Shown here: in pieces, positions 18,966 to 31,518 of the stretch
How the letters are laid out: each line of letters opens with the position of its first letter
Numbering within the stretch: position 1 is the stretch's first letter
Source of the DNA: Roseobacter sp.
GTDB lineage: Bacteria > Pseudomonadota > Alphaproteobacteria > Rhodobacterales > Rhodobacteraceae
Assembly: GCA_024636425.1 (NCBI GenBank)
Contig: JAGXHB010000291.1
Span: 1 to 40,944 of the forward strand
Reading direction: 5' to 3'
Length of the DNA: 40,944 nt
Translations under genes and position numbers: made by a program
Notes under the pieces: model-generated
What the model was told of the DNA's origin: nothing
Databases searched by the model: none
What the model saw: the letters and a program-made list of their open reading frames with translations, nothing else

Positions 18966-18979
18966 CTGATCCAGATCAA
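18966..18979. promoter_or_regulatory. FNR/FixK-type box in the divergent cbpA / small ORF-sulP region
   Basis: CTGATCCAGATCAA, one mismatch from TTGAT-N4-ATCAA. Confidence 0.75.
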
Positions 18980-19097
18980 TGTTGGGAACGTAAATTTGCG
19001 TTAGGTATACGATGCGACTCGCGGACCAATCGCTTCAGATACCCGCAGGCTCTCAAGTATAACATTCAACCTCACCCCTGACGAAAACGAGCTTACC

Positions 19098-19268
19098 ATG
19101 ACAGTGCCAGATACCAAAACACTAAAACCTGATGCACCATCCGCTGACCCTGTGGCGAAGAATTCCAAGGTGCCGCCTGACCAGCAGCCCGCCGCGCTCG
19201 CGCGGAAACAGCCGCTGGCAAAAACCGAGGACACGACCGACGACCCCTTCAACAACATGCCAGTTTGA
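19098..19268 (+). CDS. Small hypothetical protein (56 aa, ends DDPFNNMPV); not in the ORF track
   Basis: MTVPDTKTLKPDAPSADPVAKNSKVPPDQQPAALARKQPLAKTEDTTDDPFNNMPV; fills the gap downstream of an FNR box. Confidence 0.55.
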   Translation: MTVPDTKTLKPDAPSADPVAKNSKVPPDQQPAALARKQPLAKTEDTTDDPFNNMPV

Positions 19269-19363
19269 TCGTCCTTCTTGCGAGGCAATGATTATATGCG
19301 CGACCCTTGGCGGGCTGCCATGACTTGCGCACCGATAGCGCTGGCCCGCAGGGGTATCCCAGA

Positions 19364-20623
19364 ATGACGCCCAAAATCCTGACGACCATGCGCAGCTACT
19401 CCGTGCCGCTGTTGATCGCCGATCTTTCGGCAGGCATCACCGTCGCGATGGTCGCGCTTCCGCTTAGCCTTGCTATCGCCATCGCCTCTGGGGCCGGCCC
19501 GGAAAAGGGTATCGTGACCGCCATCGTCGCGGGTTTCCTTATTTCGCTGTTTGGCGGCAGCCGCTTCCAGATCGGCGGGCCGACAGGGGCATTTATCGTC
19601 GTGGTCTACGGTATCATCGCCGCGCATGGCTATGACGGGCTGGTGCTGGCGACTTTCATGGCCGGCGTGATCCTGCTGGTCGCAGGATATTTCCGCGCAG
19701 GCAACCTGATCGCGCTGGTGCCTGAGCCGGTCGTCCACGGGTTTACCATCGGCATCGCAATTGTGATAGCAACCAGCCAGCTCAAGGATCTGTTTGGCCT
19801 CGATCTTGCCAACATCCCCGCTGAATTTTTCGAAAAGATCGTCGCCTTGTGGGCTGGGCGCGGCACGTTCAGCGCAGCTGCACTTGGCATCGGCCTTGCG
19901 TCCATGGTGCTGATCGTCGGCTTGCGACGTGCAGCACCCAAGCTGCCGGGGCTGATCGTGGCGGTCGGCGTGACATCCGCCCTTGTGGCGCTGGCATCGC
20001 TTCCCGTCGATACTATCCATTCCAGGTTCGGAGACCTGCCCCGCGGCCTGCCAATGCCGTCATTCCCCGCCGTCTCGCTCGGCCGGATCGTCGAATTGCT
20101 GCCCTCCGCCTTCGTCATTGCCTTTCTCGCAGGCGTGGAATCGCTTTTGTCAGCCGTCGTGGCGGACCGGATGACGCAAGGCCACCACCGTCCCAATGCC
20201 GAAGTTCTTGCCCAAGGGATTGCCAACATCGGCTCCGCGCTTTTCGGCGGCCTACCCGCCACGGGGGCCATCGCACGCACAGCGACGAACATCCGGGCGG
20301 GCGGCAAGACTCCGGTGGCGGGAATAATACACGCGCTCACGATTTTGCTGGTGATGTGGCTTGCCGCGCCCCTCGCAGGTTACCTTGCGATGCCCGCACT
20401 TGCGGCGCTGCTGATCCTGACAGCTTGGAACATGGCCGAACCGCAGAAGTGGCGCAGCTACCTCGCGGCGCGTCCGTCCGACCTGTTCCTGTTGCTGATG
20501 ACGATGACGCTTACCGTCCTGGTGGACCTGACCGTAGCCATCGGCGCAGGCGTTGCGCTTGGGCTTGCCCTGCGGCTGCGCAGGCGGGATGCGAAATCGG
20601 ACTGGTCCGGCCCGGAAAGGTGA
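19364..20623 (+). CDS. SulP/SLC26-family anion permease lacking STAS domain
   Basis: DLSAGITVAMVALPLSLAIAIASG, QIGGPTGAF, ESLLSA and PATGAIART; ends just after the last TM helix. Confidence 0.92.
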   Translation: MTPKILTTMRSYSVPLLIADLSAGITVAMVALPLSLAIAIASGAGPEKGIVTAIVAGFLISLFGGSRFQIGGPTGAFIVVVYGIIAAHGYDGLVLATFMAGVILLVAGYFRAGNLIALVPEPVVHGFTIGIAIVIATSQLKDLFGLDLANIPAEFFEKIVALWAGRGTFSAAALGIGLASMVLIVGLRRAAPKLPGLIVAVGVTSALVALASLPVDTIHSRFGDLPRGLPMPSFPAVSLGRIVELLPSAFVIAFLAGVESLLSAVVADRMTQGHHRPNAEVLAQGIANIGSALFGGLPATGAIARTATNIRAGGKTPVAGIIHALTILLVMWLAAPLAGYLAMPALAALLILTAWNMAEPQKWRSYLAARPSDLFLLLMTMTLTVLVDLTVAIGAGVALGLALRLRRRDAKSDWSGPER

Positions 20624-20936
20624 TGGTCAATCGGGTTCGGACCCGAACCACCTCCGCCGCACGCTCGGTCGCTTTGCCACCGAACGCCTCGTCCGCAGCA
20701 TCTGCGTCGGCCTTGTTCGCCTGCACCAGCCCGTCGCGGTGGTGCGCTGGCCCATAGATCGTATAAAGCTTCAGCGGCGCGTGTCCGGTGCAGATGGGTA
20801 CCTGACGACAGCACGCGACGGAAGTCGGTGTTGTCGTCTGTCAATTCCTCGATATAACCGATCTTGTTGGTCTCCAGATGAAAATGCGAGGCCTGCGCCC
20901 TTTACATCGATCTTGCCCCATTTTGATGTGTTGGGG

Positions 20937-20950
20937 TTGATACAGATCAA
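20937..20950 (+). promoter_or_regulatory. Perfect FNR/FixK box upstream of the N-ATPase operon
   Basis: TTGATACAGATCAA, centred 41.5 bp upstream of the atpD ATG. Confidence 0.88.
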
Positions 20951-20975
20951 TGCGCAGCTCCGCGCTACGGCGTAA

Positions 20976-22872
<1,897 letters not shown>

Positions 22873-22873
<1 letters not shown>

Positions 22874-23151
22874 TGGCCCGCCCCGAGGAAGACCCGCTGG
22901 TCATCGAGGCCCGCCTGCGCCGCGCCCGGCGCGACAAGTGGCTGCGCGAGGGCGATATGTCCGTCGGACGCAGGCTGGCACAGATCGGCGTGCTGGGCTG
23001 GATTTTCGTCGTCCCCACGCTTGCCGGCATGTTCCTTGGCCGCTGGCTTGACGGACATTACGACGCGGGCATTTTCTGGACCGCGCCTTGCATGGTTCTG
23101 GGGCTTTGTGTCGGCGGCTGGACCGCATGGAATTGGATGAACGCGAAATGA
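22873..23151 (+). CDS. atpQ: N-ATPase AtpQ (AtpZ/AtpI-like gene 1)
   Basis: IGVLGW...PTLAGMFLGRWLD; position in the atpDCQR order. Confidence 0.85.
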
Positions 23152-23435
23152 TAAACTTTCCGATCTTGCACCCTGCCGTCTTGCTGCCGATCTGTTTCTT
23201 TGGTGGGCTGATCATCGGGTTCGGCTTTTTCCGGGCACTGCGGGCGACGACCGACCTGATCCTGCGCCAAGGCAAACCGCTGCTGGCGCTGGCGCTGATG
23301 CTTGGGCGGATGTCGATGTTGGTCACCGCACTTTACATCTCCGTTCTGGCGGGCGGCCCCGCACTTTTGGCGGCCTTCGCGGGCGTGCTCTGCGCCAAGG
23401 CACTGATGCTCTACCGGGTGCGGCGGGAACCATGA
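23148..23435 (+). CDS. atpR: N-ATPase AtpR membrane subunit
   Basis: Three hydrophobic segments, GFGFFRAL...GR; lies between atpQ and atpB. Confidence 0.8.
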   Translation: MINFPILHPAVLLPICFFGGLIIGFGFFRALRATTDLILRQGKPLLALALMLGRMSMLVTALYISVLAGGPALLAAFAGVLCAKALMLYRVRREP

Positions 23436-24133
23436 TGGACTCGCCGCTCGATTCAATCGCTCTCTTCCACCTTGGTCCGGTGCCGATCACGCAAGCCATC
23501 CTGACCACCTGGGCGATCATGGCCGTCCTTGTGGCCGGGTCGTACCTGCTGACCCGCCACCTTGCCCTGATCCCGAGCAAGCGGCAGGCAGCACTTGAAC
23601 TGATCGTGACCACGCTGGACACCCAGATCAAGCAAACCACCGGTGCCACCCCCGCGCCCTACCGCAGCTTCATCGGCACGCTCTTCATGTTCATCCTGGT
23701 ATCCAACTGGTCCTCACTGATTCCCGGGGTCGAGCCGCCCACTGCCAAGCTGGAAACCGACGCGGCGCTGGCCGTGCTCGTTTTTCTGTCGGTTATCTGG
23801 TTCGGCGTGCGCGGCGCGGGCGTCGGCGGCTACCTCAAGTCCTTTGCCGCCCCAAATGTCGCAATGATCCCGCTCAACGTGCTCGAAAGCATCACCCGCG
23901 TCTTTTCGATGTTTGTGCGCCTTTTCGGCAACGTGATGAGCGGCGTCTTCGTCGTCGGCATCGTCGCCTCGCTGGCAGGGCTTCTGGTGCCGATCCCGCT
24001 TATGGCGCTCGACCTGCTTACGGGGCTGGTACAGGCCTATATCTTCGCTGTCCTCGCGATGGTCTTCATCTCGGCCACGATCAAAGACGGCCAGTCCGCT
24101 AAACCCCCTTCACCCCAGAAAAAGGATTCCTGA
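23432..24133 (+). CDS. atpB: N-ATPase subunit a
   Basis: PPTAKLET and SMFVRLFGN (essential Arg), LVQAYIF. Confidence 0.95.
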   Translation: MMDSPLDSIALFHLGPVPITQAILTTWAIMAVLVAGSYLLTRHLALIPSKRQAALELIVTTLDTQIKQTTGATPAPYRSFIGTLFMFILVSNWSSLIPGVEPPTAKLETDAALAVLVFLSVIWFGVRGAGVGGYLKSFAAPNVAMIPLNVLESITRVFSMFVRLFGNVMSGVFVVGIVASLAGLLVPIPLMALDLLTGLVQAYIFAVLAMVFISATIKDGQSAKPPSPQKKDS

Positions 24134-24378
24134 TGGAATACGCCCCAATCGTCAGCATGATCTGCGCGGCCATCGCCGTCTCCTTCGGCTCAATCGGCCC
24201 CGCCTTCGCGGAGGGCCGCGCCGTGGCCGCCGCGATGGAGGCCATCGCCCGCCAGCCCGAAGCCGCGAACACGATCTCGCGCACGCTTTTCGTCGGTCTC
24301 GCGATGATCGAGACGACGGCGATCTACTGCCTCGTAATCGCATTGCTGCTGCTCTTCGCCAATCCGATGCTGGCCTGA
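24133..24378 (+). CDS. atpE: N-ATPase subunit c (Na+-type motif)
   Basis: GPAFAEG (Glu in helix 1), RQPE loop, IETTAIY. Confidence 0.96.
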   Translation: MEYAPIVSMICAAIAVSFGSIGPAFAEGRAVAAAMEAIARQPEAANTISRTLFVGLAMIETTAIYCLVIALLLLFANPMLA

Positions 24379-24382
24379 GCCC

Positions 24383-25117
24383 ATGACAATCGACTTCTGG
24401 GGATTGGGGCTGCAAGCGATCAACGTGCTGGTCCTTGTGTGGCTGCTGTCGCGTGTGTTCTGGAAGCCCATTGCGGCGGCCATCGCCACGCGTCAGTCCG
24501 CCGCCAAAGCGGTGACGGACGCGGCGGCAGCACAGCAGGCCAAGACGGACGCAGCGCTGGCAGAGGTGACCGAAGCGCGTGATGGCATCGCGGCGGAGCG
24601 GATCGCGACACTTGATGCGGCCAAGGCCGAGGCGGAGGCGACCGCCGAGGTCGCGTTGACGGAAGCACGAACAAAGGCCGACGCGTTGCTTGCTACCGCG
24701 AAAGAAGCGGCAAAGCAGGATGCCGAAACAGCCCAGGCCGCCAACGCGGCGAAGGCTGCCGACCTAGCGCTCGACATCGCCGCGCGTCTGCTGGCGGGGC
24801 TCGAAAGCCCCAAGGTGCAAGCAGCGTTTCTGGCGCAATTGGTCGACACGATCATAAAGATGCCCGAGGCAGACCGGGCTTCGCTGGTCGATGCGCCCAA
24901 GGGCATCGAGGTGGTCAGTCCCGGCGATCCGGGCGAAGAAAAGGCCACCATCGAAAAGGCTGTGCGCAAGGCGCTTGGCGGCGCAGCTGACCTGCGTTTC
25001 GTGACCGATCCCGCGCTGATTGCGGGTCTGGAACTGCGCAGCCCGCATTTCGTGCTGCACAACAGCTGGCAAGCGGATCTTGATCAGGTTCGGAAGGCGG
25101 TGAAGGATGCCGCGTGA
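24383..25117 (+). CDS. atpF: N-ATPase subunit b with delta-like C-terminal extension
   Basis: [18 protein letters not shown] segment, Ala-rich coiled coil, [10 protein letters not shown] delta-like C-terminus; no separate atpH. Confidence 0.9.
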   Translation: MTIDFWGLGLQAINVLVLVWLLSRVFWKPIAAAIATRQSAAKAVTDAAAAQQAKTDAALAEVTEARDGIAAERIATLDAAKAEAEATAEVALTEARTKADALLATAKEAAKQDAETAQAANAAKAADLALDIAARLLAGLESPKVQAAFLAQLVDTIIKMPEADRASLVDAPKGIEVVSPGDPGEEKATIEKAVRKALGGAADLRFVTDPALIAGLELRSPHFVLHNSWQADLDQVRKAVKDAA

Positions 25118-26621
25118 CTGGGTCGCCTCTGCGCGCGGCGCGCTGACGGGCGTCACGCTCGGCCCCCGCGCCGAACATCGCGGCCGCGTCGAGGAAATCG
25201 GCGACGGCGTCGCGATGATCTCTGGCCTGCGCAACGTCCGGCTGGACGAGGTGCTGCGCTTTTCTGGCGGCCAGACCGGATTTGCGCGGGTCCTCGACCC
25301 CGACCGGATCGGCTGCGTCCTGCTAGATGGCACCACGAAGGTCGAGGCGGGCGATGCGGTCTTCAGCACTGGTGAAGTCGTCAACGTGCCCGTGGGCGAG
25401 GCCCTGCTGGGCCGGATTGTCGATCCGCTGGGCCGACCGCTGGATGGCAAAGGGCCGGTTTTGGCGCAGGCGCATCTGCCCATCGAACGCCCCGCGCCCT
25501 CGATCATCGAGCGTGACCTTGTGACCGAGCCTGTGCAGACCGGGGTCGTCGTGGTCGACACGCTGTTTGCGTTGGGACGCGGACAGCGAGAGCTGATCGT
25601 GGGCGATCATTCCACTGGCAAGACGACGCTGGCCATCGACTCGCTGATCGCGCAGGCCGAAAGCGACATGACCTGCATCTACGTGGCCGTGGGTCAAAAG
25701 ACGTCCTCCGTCCGCCGCGCCATCGACGCGTTGCAGCGGCACGGTAATTTTGCGCGCTGCATCGTAGTGGTCGCGGGCGCGTCCGAGGCACCGGGCCTGC
25801 AATGGATCGCGCCCTACGCGGGGATGTCGATGGCCGAATATTTCCGCGACAAGGGCCAGCACGCGCTGATCGTCTTCGATGACCTGTCCAAACACGCCGC
25901 CACCCACCGCGAGATCGCACTTCTTACCCGTCAATCACCAGGCCGCGAGGCCTATCCCGGCGACGTCTTCTACATCCACGCGCGCCTGCTTGAGCGTGCG
26001 TCCAAACTGTCAAAGGATCGTGGTGGCGGCTCGCTCACCGCCCTGCCGATTGCCGAAACGGTGGCGGGAAACCTGTCGGCCTATATTCCGACCAACCTGA
26101 TTTCGATCACCGACGGGCAAATCGTGCTGGACGCAGCGCTGTTCCACCAAGGCCAGAAACCTGCTGTGGATGTCGGGCTGTCCGTCAGCCGTGTGGGCGG
26201 AAAGACGCAGGCAAAGGTTCTCCGCAAGGCCGCGGGCACGCTGCGGCTGGACTACGCACAGTTTCTGGAGTTGGAGGTCTTCACTCGCTTCGGGGGCATG
26301 CCCGATGGCCGCGTGCGCGATCAGTTGACGCGCGGGGCGCGCATCCGCGAGGCGTTGCGGCAGGGCCAGCACGTGCCCTTCCGGCTGGCCGATGAGGTGG
26401 CGTTGATGCTGGCCGTGCAGGCCGGCCTGCTGGATCCGCTCCCTGTGGAAGCGGTCACGGCGTTCCGCGCAGCGCTGCCAGACGCCTTGGATCGGGACGC
26501 GGCTGGAACACTCAAGGCGCTTGCCGAGACTGGCACGCTTGACGATGACGCGTGCGCAGACTTGCTGACGGTCCTGACCACGCTTGCAAAATCCCTTGCC
26601 GAAGACACCCCACCCGCATGA
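25107..26621 (+). CDS. atpA: N-ATPase alpha subunit
   Basis: [36 protein letters not shown]. Confidence 0.97.
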   Translation: MPRDWVASARGALTGVTLGPRAEHRGRVEEIGDGVAMISGLRNVRLDEVLRFSGGQTGFARVLDPDRIGCVLLDGTTKVEAGDAVFSTGEVVNVPVGEALLGRIVDPLGRPLDGKGPVLAQAHLPIERPAPSIIERDLVTEPVQTGVVVVDTLFALGRGQRELIVGDHSTGKTTLAIDSLIAQAESDMTCIYVAVGQKTSSVRRAIDALQRHGNFARCIVVVAGASEAPGLQWIAPYAGMSMAEYFRDKGQHALIVFDDLSKHAATHREIALLTRQSPGREAYPGDVFYIHARLLERASKLSKDRGGGSLTALPIAETVAGNLSAYIPTNLISITDGQIVLDAALFHQGQKPAVDVGLSVSRVGGKTQAKVLRKAAGTLRLDYAQFLELEVFTRFGGMPDGRVRDQLTRGARIREALRQGQHVPFRLADEVALMLAVQAGLLDPLPVEAVTAFRAALPDALDRDAAGTLKALAETGTLDDDACADLLTVLTTLAKSLAEDTPPA

Positions 26622-27445
26622 CCGAGCGCCTTGCCGATATCAGCGCGCGGATTGACGGCATCCGGCAGTTGGGTGCGGTGGTAAACGCCATGAAAGGGAT
26701 CGCCGCAGCCCGCGCGCACGCGGCGCGGTCGCAGGTGGGCGCGGTGGACAGCTTTGCCGCGACAATCGCGGCAGCGATGGCGCAAGTGTTGCCGCAGGAT
26801 GCAGCGGAACCCTCGGCTAAGGGTGATGCCAAGACCGGCCTGCTTCTTTTCTGTGCCGAACAGGGCTTTGCCGGGGCCTTTAGCGAACGGGTGCTGGACG
26901 GTATCGGCGACACCCCGCAGACGCGCCTCTTTCTTGTGGGGACACGGGGGCTGTCGGTCGCTGCCGCGCGGGGCGTCACGCCGCATTGGACCGCCCCCCT
27001 GCCCTCGCACACGCCTGCCATTCCCAAGCTTGCCGATCAGATCACGGCGGCCATTTATAGCGCCGTGGCGGCGGACCGGATCGATAGCTTGGATGTGGTA
27101 TTCACCAATTGGGCCGCAGGCCGTCCGGGTCTGCGCCGCGTGCGGCTTTTCCCTATTGATCTGGGCGACCTGCCTGCGCGGACCGGCGACCGACCGCTGA
27201 TGCAATTGCCCGAGGAGACGCTGATCGCGTCCCTTGGTCAGGACTACTTTGCCGCACAGGTTTGCAAGGCCGCGCTCCACGCTTTCGCCGCCGAGAACGA
27301 GGCGCGGATGGAGGCGATGACGGCAGCGGGCAGTCAGATCTCGCGCGAACTGGAAACGTTCGAGGCGACCCTGCGGCGCGTCCGGCAAGAGGCGATTACG
27401 GCCGAGATCATCGAGCTTGGCAGCGGGGCCGCCTCTGCCCCCTGA
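26618..27445 (+). CDS. atpG: N-ATPase gamma subunit
   Basis: [42 protein letters not shown]. Confidence 0.93.
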   Translation: MTERLADISARIDGIRQLGAVVNAMKGIAAARAHAARSQVGAVDSFAATIAAAMAQVLPQDAAEPSAKGDAKTGLLLFCAEQGFAGAFSERVLDGIGDTPQTRLFLVGTRGLSVAAARGVTPHWTAPLPSHTPAIPKLADQITAAIYSAVAADRIDSLDVVFTNWAAGRPGLRRVRLFPIDLGDLPARTGDRPLMQLPEETLIASLGQDYFAAQVCKAALHAFAAENEARMEAMTAAGSQISRELETFEATLRRVRQEAITAEIIELGSGAASAP

Positions 27446-27475
27446 CAATCGGACCACGCATGAATTGCTGCAAAA

Positions 27476-27517
27476 CTGACCCAGATCAATGCCGCGCTGC
27501 GGCGCAACGTCTATAAG
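27476..27517 (+). promoter_or_regulatory. Class II FNR-type promoter of the phaC operon
   Basis: Box CTGACCCAGATCAA (27476-27489) and TATAAG at 27512-27517, exactly the -10 position for a box centred at -41.5. Confidence 0.8.
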
Positions 27518-27564
27518 TTGCGTAAAGGCCCTGTGCTTTGCCGGGCCAAAGGAAAGTTGACGGC

Positions 27565-29352
27565 ATGCCCAACCAAGTCAAACTGCTCACCTCCCAAATC
27601 ATCACGCCAGAGGTCACCAGCGCGCAACCGGCGGCTGCCGCGTCGGCAGAAACCCCGTCCGAGGCGCTTGACCGGCTGGCCCACGCGGGTCTCGCGCAGG
27701 CAACCGCAGGGCTGTCACCTTCCGTGTTGGCCGAAGCCTGGACCGACTGGGCCGTCCATCTGGGCACTTCCCCCGGCAAGCAGATGCAGTTGCGCGAACA
27801 GGCGATGCGCGATGGGCAGGCAATCTTAGCGGCGTGGCTGGGTCAGCGCCCCAAAGACGCCGACTCTGACGACATCCCCGACCGCCGCTATGCGAGCGCG
27901 GCGTGGCAGATCTATCCCTTCAACGTCCTGAGTGCGGCGCACGAGCGGTCCTGGCGCTGGTGGCAAAATGCCGTCACGGACGTTCACGGCATGACGCCCG
28001 AGCACGAGAATCTGATGGCTTTCGTGGCCGGCATGATATCGGACAGTACGGCGCCGTCCAATTTCGCGCTGACCAATCCGGATGTGATTGCCGCAACCCG
28101 TGCCGAGAACGGCCAGAACCTGATGCGCGGTGCCCGCAACCTTGCGGAGGATATCATGCACCGTACTGGCAAGGCCCCTGAGGGACCGCAGCCTTTCGAG
28201 GTCGGACGCAACCTTGCCACCACCCCCGGCAAGGTCGTGTTCCGCAATGACCTTATCGAGTTGATCCAGTACACGCCCACCACGGCGCAGGTGCGCCCCG
28301 AACCGATCCTGATCGTGCCCGCGTGGATCATGAAATACTACATCCTTGACCTTTCGGCGCAGAATTCGCTTGTAAGGTTCCTCGTGGCGCAGGGCTTCAC
28401 CGTCTTCATGGTGTCGTGGAAAAACCCGGACGCCAATGACCGTGATCTAAGCATGGACGACTACCGCGAGCTGGGTGTGATGGCAGCGCTCGACGCCGCG
28501 CTGGCGATCACGCAAGCCCCAAAGCTGCACGCGGTCGGCTACTGTCTGGGCGGTACGCTGCTGTCTATTGCCGCGGCAGCCATGGGGCGGGACGGCGACG
28601 CGCGCCTTGCCTCGGTCACCCTGCTGGCCGCTCAGGTGGATTTCACAGAAGCAGGCCCCTTGCGGCTGTTTATCAATGAAAGCGAGGTGACGCTGATCGA
28701 GGACCTGATGGCCGAAAAAGGGTATCTGTCGTCGGATCAGATGGCCGGGGCCTTTGCCCTGTTGCGGGCACGCGATCTGATCTGGGGGCCTGCGATTTCC
28801 AACTATCTGCTGGGCGAGCGCGGCGATGCCTTCGATCTGATGGCGTGGAACGCAGATGCCACGCGAATGCCCGCCCGAATGCATTCGGAATACCTGCGCA
28901 AATTGTTCCTGAACAACGATCTGGCCGAAGGGCGCTATCATGTGGGCGGCAAGGCCATCGCTATGGCGGACATCCGTGCGCCGATCTTTGTGGTGGGCAC
29001 CGAGGACGACCACGTCGCACCGTGGCGTTCGGTCTATAAGATGCACCTGTTTGCCGACACAGACGTGACCTTCGTGCTCACAAGCGGCGGGCATAACGCG
29101 GGCATCGTGTCCGAGCCGGGTCATCACGACCGACACTTTCGGATCGCGGAGACGGCGGCGACGGCAAGCTACAAAGACTCGGACGACTGGCTGGCAGACA
29201 ATGCGGCTTCGGATGGATCGTGGTGGGAAGATTTTGCAGGCTGGCTTAACAAGCGGTCTTGCAAACCCGTTCCGCCGCCTCGGATGGGTGCGCATTCCGG
29301 GGTCAACAAGGCGATCTGCGACGCCCCCGGCACCTATGTGATGCAACAATGA
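27565..29352 (+). CDS. phaC: Class I-like poly(hydroxyalkanoate) synthase
   Basis: PSNFALTNP, TPGKVVFRN, PAWIMKYYILDL, lipase box GYCLGG, DDHVAPW, SGGHNAGI, APGTYV. Confidence 0.95.
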   Translation: MPNQVKLLTSQIITPEVTSAQPAAAASAETPSEALDRLAHAGLAQATAGLSPSVLAEAWTDWAVHLGTSPGKQMQLREQAMRDGQAILAAWLGQRPKDADSDDIPDRRYASAAWQIYPFNVLSAAHERSWRWWQNAVTDVHGMTPEHENLMAFVAGMISDSTAPSNFALTNPDVIAATRAENGQNLMRGARNLAEDIMHRTGKAPEGPQPFEVGRNLATTPGKVVFRNDLIELIQYTPTTAQVRPEPILIVPAWIMKYYILDLSAQNSLVRFLVAQGFTVFMVSWKNPDANDRDLSMDDYRELGVMAALDAALAITQAPKLHAVGYCLGGTLLSIAAAAMGRDGDARLASVTLLAAQVDFTEAGPLRLFINESEVTLIEDLMAEKGYLSSDQMAGAFALLRARDLIWGPAISNYLLGERGDAFDLMAWNADATRMPARMHSEYLRKLFLNNDLAEGRYHVGGKAIAMADIRAPIFVVGTEDDHVAPWRSVYKMHLFADTDVTFVLTSGGHNAGIVSEPGHHDRHFRIAETAATASYKDSDDWLADNAASDGSWWEDFAGWLNKRSCKPVPPPRMGAHSGVNKAICDAPGTYVMQQ

Positions 29353-30113
29353 GCGCGCTGGATGGCAAGGTCGCACTGGTCGTCGGGGTGGCCAACGAAC
29401 ACTCTATCGCCACGGGCTGTGCGCAGGCCTTCGTCGATGCAGGGGCCGAGGTCGCGCTGACCTATGTGAACGCGCGCGCAAAACCTTTCGTCCAGTCCGT
29501 GGCCGATGCTGTGGGGGCAAAGCTGCTGTTGCCGCTCGACGTCGAGGCCGAAGGCGAGATGGAAGCGGTTTTTGCCGCGGTGGAGAAGAAATGGGGTCGT
29601 CTTGATATTCTCGTGCATTCCATCGCCTTTTGCCCGGCGGAGGATTTGCACGGTCGGGTGGTGGATTGTTCGGCCAAAGGGTTCGCCCGCGCCATGGACA
29701 TTTCGGTGCATTCGCTGATCCGCATGGCGCGGCTGGCAGAGCCGCTGATGACGAAAGGCGGCGCGATCCTGACCATGACCTACTACGGCGGCGAGAAGGT
29801 CGTCGACAACTACAACGTCATGGGCCCCGTCAAGGCGGCCCTTGAAGGGACGATGCGTGCGCTGGCGGTAGAGCTTGGGCCAAAGCGGATAAGGGTCAAT
29901 GCCCTCTCACCGGGGCCGCTGCAGACGCGGGCGGGGTCCGGCATACCCCATTTCGATGCCCTGATTGATGCGGCACGCGCCCGCGCGCCAGAACATATCG
30001 ATCTAACGATCAAGGATGTCGGCAATGTCGCCGTCATGCTCGCCAGCGATGCCGCACGCGGCGTGTCGGGCGAGATCACTCATATTGACGGAGGTCTCCA
30101 TGTCCGCGCCTGA
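29349..30113 (+). CDS. fabI: Enoyl-ACP/CoA reductase (FabI family)
   Basis: GVANEHSIA, HSIAF, YNVMGPVK (Y-x6-K), SPGP; ATGA overlap with phaC. Confidence 0.93.
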   Translation: MSALDGKVALVVGVANEHSIATGCAQAFVDAGAEVALTYVNARAKPFVQSVADAVGAKLLLPLDVEAEGEMEAVFAAVEKKWGRLDILVHSIAFCPAEDLHGRVVDCSAKGFARAMDISVHSLIRMARLAEPLMTKGGAILTMTYYGGEKVVDNYNVMGPVKAALEGTMRALAVELGPKRIRVNALSPGPLQTRAGSGIPHFDALIDAARARAPEHIDLTIKDVGNVAVMLASDAARGVSGEITHIDGGLHVRA

Positions 30114-31518
30114 CCCAAACACTACGATGCAATTCATCGAGAACAAAACTTATGATGAAATCTTGGTGGGCGACCACGCCGAACTGACCCGAACGCTGAC
30201 CGCGCAAGACATCAGCCTGTTCGCGGTGATGTCGGGCGACGTGAACCCGGCGCATGTAGATGCGGATTACGCCAAGGACGACATGTTTCACCATGTCATC
30301 GCACATGGCATGTGGGGCGGTGCCCTGATCTCAACGGTGCTGGGAACGGAGCTGCCAGGCCCGGGCACGATTTTCCTTGATCAAAGCCTGAAGTTCGAGG
30401 CGCCCGTGGCGCTTGGCGATACCGTGACCGTACGCGTGGAAGTGACCGAAAAACAGGCCAAGGGTCGGTTGCTGCTGGCCTGCACCTGCCGAAACCAGCA
30501 CGGCAAGATGGTCATTGAAGGCGTCGCAAAGGTCATCGCGCCCCCTGAAAAGGTGCGTCGTCGCCGTATCCAGCTTCCCACGGTTCGGCTGCATGCGCCG
30601 GGTGCGCATTATGCGCGCCTGATCGCGGCAACTGCGCCTATGGATCAAGTGTCGACAGCGGTGGTTCATCCTTGCGACGCGCTGTCACTGGCGGCGGCGC
30701 TGGATGCCGCAGACAAGGGCATGATCACGCCCGTGCTGGTAGGACCCAGAGCCAAGGTTCAAGCGGCGGCACAGGCGGCGGGACGTAGCATTGACGCGTA
30801 TCGCTTCATTGACGCTACGCATAGCCATGCGGCTGCCGCAATTGCTGTGGCCCTTGTGCGGGACGGGACAGTCGCGGCGCTGATGAAAGGTGCGCTGCAC
30901 ACGGACGAGCTGATGGAGGCGGTACTTGATCCGGCGCTCGGGCTGCGAACCGAACGGCGGATGAGCCATATCTATGTGCTCGACGTGCCGACCTATTCCA
31001 AGCCGCTGCTGATCACCGATGCTGCGATCAATGTGGCCCCTGATCTGAACGCAAAGCGGGACATCGTGCAAAACGCCATCGACCTTGCGCATGCTCTTGG
31101 CATCGAAGTCCCCAAGGTCGCGATCCTCTCGGCTGTCGAAACGGTGACGCCCCGCATGTCTTCCACCGTCGATGCCGCCGCCCTGTGCAAGATGGCGGAC
31201 CGGGGACAAATCACCGGCGGGATGCTCGATGGGCCACTGGCCTTCGACAACGCGATCTCTAAGGCCGCAGCGACTGCCAAGGGGATCGTGTCGCAGGTGG
31301 CAGGGTACGCCGATATCCTGGTGGCACCGGACCTTGAATCCGCCAACATGATGGCCAAGCAACTGATCTACCTTGCCGATGCCGATGCCGCCGGGATCGT
31401 GCTGGGCGCGCGCGTGCCCATCATCCTGACCAGCCGCGCGGACAGTGCCGCATCGCGCTTGGCCTCCTGCGCGCTGGCGCAGTTGTTCATCAACCGCCCC
31501 GCGCCCCTCGCGCCATGA
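30100..31518 (+). CDS. Bifunctional MaoC-type (R)-enoyl-CoA hydratase / phosphate acetyl(butyryl)transferase
   Basis: SGDVNPAH and AHGM (MaoC); LMKGALHT, ITDAAIN, DGPLAFDNAIS and ILTSRAD (Pta/Ptb); GGAGG RBS. Confidence 0.93.
   Translation: MSAPDPNTTMQFIENKTYDEILVGDHAELTRTLTAQDISLFAVMSGDVNPAHVDADYAKDDMFHHVIAHGMWGGALISTVLGTELPGPGTIFLDQSLKFEAPVALGDTVTVRVEVTEKQAKGRLLLACTCRNQHGKMVIEGVAKVIAPPEKVRRRRIQLPTVRLHAPGAHYARLIAATAPMDQVSTAVVHPCDALSLAAALDAADKGMITPVLVGPRAKVQAAAQAAGRSIDAYRFIDATHSHAAAAIAVALVRDGTVAALMKGALHTDELMEAVLDPALGLRTERRMSHIYVLDVPTYSKPLLITDAAINVAPDLNAKRDIVQNAIDLAHALGIEVPKVAILSAVETVTPRMSSTVDAAALCKMADRGQITGGMLDGPLAFDNAISKAAATAKGIVSQVAGYADILVAPDLESANMMAKQLIYLADADAAGIVLGARVPIILTSRADSAASRLASCALAQLFINRPAPLAP

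Noticed and set aside
27538-27564. Upstream start extensions in the ORF track (also for mlaD, mlaF, atpC, atpG, fabI, maoC, arcB, arcC)
   Set aside because: Downstream starts fit the RBS, the stop/start overlaps and the family N-termini better.
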